A stretch of DNA of 64,000 bases. It comes from Eledone cirrhosa. Taxonomy: Eukaryota. Where the stretch lies: the NCBI GenBank assembly GCA_964016885.1, contig OZ024740.1, positions 16,616,001 through 16,680,000 of the forward strand, given 5' to 3'. Shown one piece after another: positions 56,880 through 64,000 of the stretch. The position numbers and the translations under genes are program-made. The notes beneath the pieces were generated by a model that did not search any database, was not told the DNA's origin, and was given only the letters and a program-made list of their open reading frames with translations. Positions within the stretch are counted from its first letter, which is position 1, and each line of letters starts with the position of its first letter.

Positions 56880-59800
56880 TGGTGGCTTCTGGAGAGAGGT
56901 TTACAGGGAGACATTAGTGTAAATATGGTGGCTTCTAGACAGGTTTACTGGGAGACATCAGTGTAAATATCGTGGCTTCTAGACAAAGCTTTACAGGGAG
57001 ACATCAGTGTAAATATGGTGGCTTCTAGACAGAGCTTTACAGGGAGACATCAGTGTAAATATGGTGGCTCCTAGACAGAGCTTTACAGGGAGACATCAGT
57101 GTAAATATGGTGGCTTCTGGACAGAGGTTTACAGGGAGATATCAGTGTAAATATGGTGGCTTCTAGACAGAGCTTTGCAGGGAGACATCAGTGTAAATAT
57201 GGTGGCATCTGGACAGATGTTTACAGGGAGACATCAGTGTAAATATGGTGGCTTCTAGACAGAGATTTGTAGGGAGACATCAGTGTAAATATGGTGGCTT
57301 CTGGAGAGAGGTTTACAGGGAGACATCAGAGTAAATATGGTGGCTTCTAGACAGAGGTTTACAGGAAGACATCAGTGTAAATATGGTGGCATCTGGACAG
57401 AGGTTTACAGGGAGACATCAGTGTAAATATGGTGGCTTCTGGATAGAGCTTTACAGAGAGACATTAGTGTAAATATGGTGACTTCTAGACAGAGTTTTAC
57501 AGGGAGATATCAGAGTAAATATAGTGTCTTCTGGACAGAGGTTTACAGGGAGACATCAGTGTAAATATGGTGGCTTCTAGACAGAGCTTTACAGGGAGAT
57601 ATCAGTGTAAATATGGTGGCTTCTAGACAGAGCTTTACAGGGAGTTATCAGAGTAAATATAGTGGCTTCGGGACAGAGGTTTACAGGGAGACATCAGTGT
57701 AAATATGGTGGCTTCTAGACAGAGCTTTACAGGGAGATATCAGTGTAAATATGGTGGCTTCTGGACAGAGGTTTACAAGGAGACATCAGTGTAAATATGG
57801 TGGCTTTTGGACAGAGCTTTACAGGGAGACATTAGTGTAAATATGGTGGCTTCTAGACAGTGCTTTACAGGGAGATATCAGAGGAAATATAGTGGCTTCT
57901 GGACAGAGGTTTACAGGGAGATATCAGTGTAAATATGGTGGCATCTGGACAAAGGTTTACAGGGACACATCAGTGTAAATATGGGGGCTTCTAGACAGAG
58001 CTTTACAGGGAGATATCAGATTAAATATGGTGGCTTCTGGACAGAGGTTTACAGGGAGACATCAGTGTAAATATGGTGGCTTCTAGACTGAGGTTTACAG
58101 GGAGACATCAGTGTAAATATGGTGGCTTCTGGATAGAGGTTTACAGGTAGACATCAGTGTAAATATGGTGGCTTCTGGACAGAGGTTTACAGGGAGACAT
58201 TAGTGTAAATATGGTGGCTTCTAGACAGAGGTTTACAGGGAGATATCAGAGTAAATATGGTGGCTTCTGGACAGAGCTTTACAGGGAGACATCAGTGTAA
58301 ATATGGTGGCTTCTGGACAGAGGTTTTCAGGGAGACATCAGTGTAAAAATGGTGGCTTCTGGACAGAGGTTTACAGGGAGACATCAGTGTAAATATGGTG
58401 GCTTCTGGACAGAGGTTTACAGGGAGATATTAGTGTATATATGGTGTCTTCTGGACAAAGCTTTACAGGGAGATATCAGAGTATATATGGTGGCTTCTAG
58501 ACAAAGCTTTACAGGGAGACATCAGTGTAAATATGGTGGCTTCTAGACAGAGGTTTACTGGGAGACATTAGTGTAAATATGGTGGCTTCTAGACAGAGCT
58601 TTACAGGGAGACATCAGTGTAAATATGGTGGCTTCTAGACAGAGGTTTACAGGGAGACATCAGTGTAAATATGGTGGCTTCTGGACAGAGGTTTACAGGG
58701 AGACATCAGTGTAAATATGGTGGCTTCTGGAGAGAGGTTTACAGGGAGACATTAGTGTAAATATGGTGGCTTCTAGACAGGTTTACTGGGAGACATCAGT
58801 GTAAATATCGTGGCTTCTAGACAAAGCTTTACAGGGAGACATCAGTGTAAATATGGTGGCTTCTAGACAGAGCTTTACAGGGAGACATCAGTGTAAATAT
58901 GGTGGCTCCTAGACAGAGCTTTACAGGGAGACATCAGTGTAAATATGGTGGCTTCTGGACAGAGGTTTACAGGGAGATATCAGTGTAAATATGGTGGCTT
59001 CTAGACAGAGATTTGCAGGGAGACATCAGTGTAAATATGGTGGCATCTGGACAGATGTTTACAGGGAGACATCAGTGTAAATATGGTGGCTTCTAGACAG
59101 AGATTTGCAGGGAGACATCAGTGTAAATATGGTGGCTTCTGGAGAGAGGTTTACAGGGAGACATCAGAGTAAATGTGGTGGCTTCTAGACAGAGGTTTAC
59201 AGGAAGACATCAGTGTAAATATGGTGGCATCTGGACAGAGGTTTACAGGGAGACATCAGTGTAAATATGGTGGCTTCTGGATAGAGCTTTACAGAGAGAC
59301 ATTAGTGTAAATATGGTGACTTCTAGACAGAGTTTTACAGGGAGATATCAGAGTAAATATAGTGTCTTCTGGACAGAGGTTTACAGGGAGACATCAGTGT
59401 AAATATGGTGGCTTCTAGACAGAGCTTTACAGGGAGATATCAGTGTAAATATGGTGGCTTCTAGACAGAGCTTTACAGGGAGTTATCAGAGTAAATATAG
59501 TGGCTTCGGGACAGAGGTTTACAGGGAGACATCAGTGTAAATATGGTGGCTTCTAGACAGAGCTTTACAGGGAGATATCAGTGTAAATATGGTGGCTTCT
59601 GGACAGAGGTTTACAAGGAGACATCAGTGTAAATATGGTGGCTTTTGGACAGAGCTTTACAGGGAGACATTAGTGTAAATATGGTGGCTTCTAGACAGTG
59701 CTTTACAGGGAGATATCAGTGTAAATATGGTGGCATCTGGACAAAGGTTTACAGGGACACATCAGTGTAAATATGGGGGCTTCTAGACAGAGCTTTACAG

Positions 59801-62340
59801 GGAGATATCAGATTAAATATGGTGGCTTCTGGACAGAGGTTTACAGGGAGACATCAGTGTAAATATGGTGGCTTCTAGACTGAGGTTTACAGGGAGACAT
59901 CAGTGTAAATATGGTGGCTTCTGGATAGAGGTTTACAGGTAGACATCAGTGTAAATATGGTGGCTTCTGGACAGAGGTTTACAGGGAGACATTAGTGTAA
60001 ATATGGTGGCTTCTAGACAGAGGTTTACAGGGAGATATCAGAGTAAATATGGTGGCTTCTGGACAGAGCTTTACAGGGAGACATCAGTGTAAATATGGTG
60101 GCTTCTGGACAGAGGTTTTCAGGGAGACATCAGTGTAAAAATGGTGGCTTCTGGACAGAGGTTTACAGGGAGACATCAGTGTAAATATGGTGGCTTCTGG
60201 ACAGAGGTTTACAGGGAGATATTAGTGTATATATGGTGTCTTCTGGACAAAGCTTTACAGGGAGATATCAGAGTATATATGGTGGCTTCTAGACAAAGCT
60301 TTACAGGGAGACATCAGTGTAAATATGGTGGCTTCTAGACAGAGGTTTACTGGGAGACATTAGTGTAAATATGGTGGCTTCTAGACAGAGCTTTACAGGG
60401 AGACATCAGTGTAAATATGGTGGCTTCTAGACAGAGGTTTACAGGGAGACATCAGTGTAAATATGGTGGCTTCTGGACAGAGGTTTACAGGGAGACATCA
60501 GTGTAAATATGGTGGCTTCTGGAGAGAGGTTTACAGGGAGACATTAGTGTAAATATGGTGGCTTCTAGACAGGTTTACTGGGAGACATCAGTGTAAATAT
60601 CGTGGCTTCTAGACAAAGCTTTACAGGGAGACATCAGTGTAAATATGGTGGCTTCTAGACAGAGCTTTACAGGGAGACATCAGTGTAAATATGGTGGCTC
60701 CTAGACAGAGCTTTACAGGGAGACATCAGTGTAAATATGGTGGCTTCTGGACAGAGGTTTACAGGGAGATATCAGTGTAAATATGGTGGCTTCTAGACAG
60801 AGATTTGCAGGGAGACATCAGTGTAAATATGGTGGCATCTGGACAGATGTTTACAGGGAGACATCAGTGTAAATATGGTGGCTTCTAGACAGAGATTTGC
60901 AGGGAGACATCAGTGTAAATATGGTGGCTTCTGGAGAGAGGTTTACAGGGAGACATCAGAGTAAATATGGTGGCTTCTAGACAGAGGTTTACAGGAAGAC
61001 ATCAGTGTAAATATGGTGGCATCTGGACAGAGGTTTACAGGGAGACATCAGTGTAAATATGGTGGCTTCTGGATAGAGCTTTACAGAGAGACATTAGTGT
61101 AAATATGGTGACTTCTAGACAGAGTTTTACAGGGAGATATCAGAGTAAATATAGTGTCTTCTGGACAGAGGTTTACAGGGAGACATCAGTGTAAATATGG
61201 TGGCTTCTAGACAGAGCTTTACAGGGAGATATCAGTGTAAATATGGTGGCTTCTAGACAGAGCTTTACAGGGAGTTATCAGAGTAAATATAGTGGCTTCG
61301 GGACAGAGGTTTACAGGGAGACATCAGTGTAAATATGGTGGCTTCTAGACAGAGCTTTACAGGGAGATATCAGTGTAAATATGGTGGCTTCTGGACAGAG
61401 GTTTACAAGGAGACATCAGTGTAAATATGGTGGCTTTTGGACAGAGCTTTACAGGGAGACATTAGTGTAAATATGGTGGCTTCTAGACAGTGCTTTACAG
61501 GGAGATATCAGAGGAAATATAGTGGCTTCTGGACAGAGGTTTACAGGGAGATATCAGTGTAAATATGGTGGCATCTGGACAAAGGTTTACAGGGACACAT
61601 CAGTGTAAATATGGGGGCTTCTAGACAGAGCTTTACAGGGAGATATCAGATTAAATATGGTGGCTTCTGGACAGAGGTTTACAGGGAGACATCAGTGTAA
61701 ATATGGTGGCTTCTAGACTGAGGTTTACAGGGAGACATCAGTGTAAATATGGTGGCTTCTGGATAGAGGTTTACAGGTAGACATCAGTGTAAATATGGTG
61801 GCTTCTGGACAGAGGTTTACAGGGAGACATTAGTGTAAATATGGTGGCTTCTAGACAGAGGTTTACAGGGAGATATCAGAGTAAATATGGTGGCTTCTGG
61901 ACAGAGCTTTACAGGGAGACATCAGTGTAAATATGGTGGCTTCTGGACAGAGGTTTTCAGGGAGACATCAGTGTAAAAATGGTGGCTTCTGGACAGAGGT
62001 TTACAGGGAGACATCAGTGTAAATATGGTGGCTTCTGGACAGAGGTTTACAGGGAGATATTAGTGTATATATGGTGTCTTCTGGACAAAGCTTTACAGGG
62101 AGATATCAGAGTATATATGGTGGCTTCTAGACAAAGCTTTACAGGGAGACATCAGTGTAAATATGGTGGCTTCTAGACAGAGGTTTACTGGGAGACATTA
62201 GTGTAAATATGGTGGCTTCTAGACAGAGCTTTACAGGGAGACATCAGTGTAAATATGGTGGCTTCTAGACAGAGGTTTACAGGGAGACATCAGTGTAAAT
62301 ATGGTGGCTTCTGGACAGAGGTTTACAGGGAGACATCAGT
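56880..62340. repeat. Three-copy higher-order repeat of 40/39/40 monomers (1838/1792 bp spacing)
   Basis: ATGGGGGCTT at 57981, 59773 and 61611. The 44-bp monomer TTCTAGACAGGTTTACTGGG at 56933, 58771 and 60563. ORFs at 58349, 60141 and 61979. Confidence 0.9.
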
Positions 62341-64000
62341 GTAAAAATGGTGGCTTCTGGACAGAGGTTTACAGGGAGACATCAGTGTAAATATGGTGGC
62401 TTCTGGACAGAGGTTTACAGGGAGACATCAGTGTAAATATGTTGGCTTCTAGACAGAGGTTTACAGGGAGACATCAGTGTAAATATGGTGGCTTCTGGAT
62501 AGAGGTTTACAGGGAGACATCAGTGTAGATATGGTGGCTTCTGGATAGAGGTTTACAGGGAGACATCAGTGTAAATATGTTTGCTTCTGGACAGAGGTTT
62601 ACAGGGAGATATCAGTGTAAATATGGTGGCTTCTAGACAGAGCTTTATAGGGAGATATCAGTGTAAATATGGTGGCTTATGGACAGAGGTTTACAAGGAG
62701 ACATCAGTGTAAATATGGTGGCTACTGGACAGAGCTTTACAGGGAGACATTAGTGTAAATATGGTGGCTTCTAGACAGAGCTTTACAGGGAGATATCAAA
62801 GGAAATATAGTAGCTTCTGGATAGAGGTTTACAGGTAGACATCTGTGTAAATATGGTGGCTTCTGGACAGAGGTTTACAGGGAGACATTATTGTAAATAT
62901 GGTGGCTTCTAGACAGAGCTTTACAGGGAGATATCAGAGTAAATATGGTGGCTTCTGGACAGAGCTTTACAGGGAGACATCAGTGTAAATATGGTGGCTT
63001 CTAGACAGAGGTTTACAGGGAGACATCAGTGTAAATATGTTGGCTTCTAGACAGAGGTTTACAGGGAGACATCAGTGTAAATATGGTGGCTTCTGGATAG
63101 AGGTTTACAGGGAGACATCAGTGTAAATATGGTGGCTTCTGGATAGAGGTTTACAGGGAGACATCAGTGTAAATATGTTTGCTTCTGGACAGAGGTTTAC
63201 AGGGAGATATCAGTGTAAATATGGTGGCTTCTGGAGAGAGGTTTACAGGGAGAGATCAGTGTAAATATGGTGGCTTCTAGACAGAGGTTTACAGGGAGAC
63301 ATCAGTGTAAATATGGTGGCTTCTAGACAGAGCTTTACAGGGAGATATCAGTGTAAATATAGTGGCTTCTGGAGAGAGGATTACAGGGAGACATCAGTGT
63401 AAATATGGTGGCTTCTAAACAGAGATTTACAGGGAGACATCAGTGTAAATATTGTGTCTTCTGGACAGAGGTTTACAGGGAGACATTAGTGAAAATATGG
63501 TGGCTTCTGGACAGAGCTTTACAGGGAGACGTCAGTGTAAATATGGTGGCTTCTGGACAGAGGTTTACAGGGAGACATCAGTGTAAATATGGTGGGTCCC
63601 AGACAGATTTACAGGGAGACATCTGTGTAAATATGGTGGCTTCTGGACAGAGGTTTACAGGGAGACATCAGTGTAAATATGGTTGCTTCTAGACAGAGGT
63701 TTACAGGGAGACATCAGTGTAAATATGGTGGCTTCTGGACAGAGGTTTACAGGGAGACATCAGTGTAAAAATGGTTGCTTCTAGAGAGAGGTTTACAGGG
63801 AGACATCAGTGTAAATATGGTGGCTTCTGGGCAGAGGTTTACAGGAAGACATCAGTGTAAAAATGGTGGCTTCTAGACAGAGCTTTACAGGGAGACATCA
63901 GTGTAAATATGGTGGCTTCTGGACAGATGTTTACAGGGAGACATCAGTGTAAATATGGTGGCTTCTGGACGGAGGTTTACAGGGAGACATCAGTGTAAAT

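Larger units (their letters stand above)
1..64000. repeat. Tandem satellite array of a 46-bp monomer (~1,390 copies, single orientation, extends past both window ends)
   Basis: The motif GGGAGACATCAGTGTAAATATGGTGGCTTCTRGACAGAGSTTTACA recurs every 46 nt from base 1 to 64000, mostly with 0-4 substitutions per copy and only rare 1-3 bp indels. No non-repeat sequence was seen. Confidence 0.99.

Noticed and set aside
2976-63692. The 27 short ORFs (MVASGQRFTGRHQCKYGGFWTEVYRETS...)
   Set aside because: The unit is 46 bp, so translation cycles through frames with a 46-aa period. ORFs appear only where variants such as AGAGTTAAT or GTATAT remove a TAA. There is no codon-level constraint and no recognisable domain. 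They were used only as positional markers.
1-64000. Giant repetitive protein on the minus strand
   Set aside because: The minus consensus has TAA and TGA in one frame of each monomer, so every reading frame is stopped within three monomers.
1-64000. CRISPR array or cassette array
   Set aside because: There are no unique spacers, since all 46 bp are conserved, and no cas, integrase or leader sequence.
1-64000. Satellite-encoded hammerhead ribozyme (minus strand CTGATG...)
   Set aside because: The core needs CUGANGA and GAAA with flanking helices. The sequence reads CTGATGT or CTGATAT and GTAAA, with no stem II.
1-64000. Monomer derived from an internal duplication (GACAGAGGTTTACA vs GACATCAGTGTAAA)
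   Set aside because: Only 9 of 14 positions match, with uneven 18/28 spacing. Too weak to separate from chance.
1-64000. Variants creating palindromic restriction sites (TCTAGA, GATATC, AAGCTT, GACGTC) read as a code
   Set aside because: Each is one or two substitutions from consensus and spread by duplication. They are useful for Southern ladders but show no evidence of function.
1-64000. Telomeric repeat, tRNA or rDNA spacer identity
   Set aside because: No telomere motif, cloverleaf, Pol III A/B boxes or adjacent rRNA sequence is visible in the window.

Overview
The whole 64 kb window is one uninterrupted, head-to-tail tandem array (satellite/minisatellite) of a 46-bp monomer, consensus GGGAGACATCAGTGTAAATATGGTGGCTTCT(G/A)GACAGAG(G/C)TTTACA. 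That is about 1,390 copies, roughly 46% GC in the consensus, with no CpG in the consensus and a G-rich + strand. I see no genes, RNA genes, transposons, CRISPR spacers or inversions. Every ORF in the track is an artefact of the 46-bp unit cycling through three frames wherever point variants remove the TAA/TAG stops. The information lies in the order of variant monomers, which shows nested higher-order duplications (units of about 3.5 kb, 4413, 2113, 6112 and 1792/1838 bp, plus a 3.1-kb block repeated 16,452 bp away). It also shows a layered architecture: a homogeneous centre (~6-46 kb) between more diverse flanks that share variants with each other. Each monomer carries a short dyad (TGTAAA/TTTACA), an inner imperfect hairpin, a forkhead-type GTAAATA and a near-YY1 motif. 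The array is most likely eukaryotic heterochromatin, but I do not recognise the family or organism and cannot show any function. I found no convincing new protein-coding system. Offsets were counted by hand from diagnostic variants and block boundaries are approximate.
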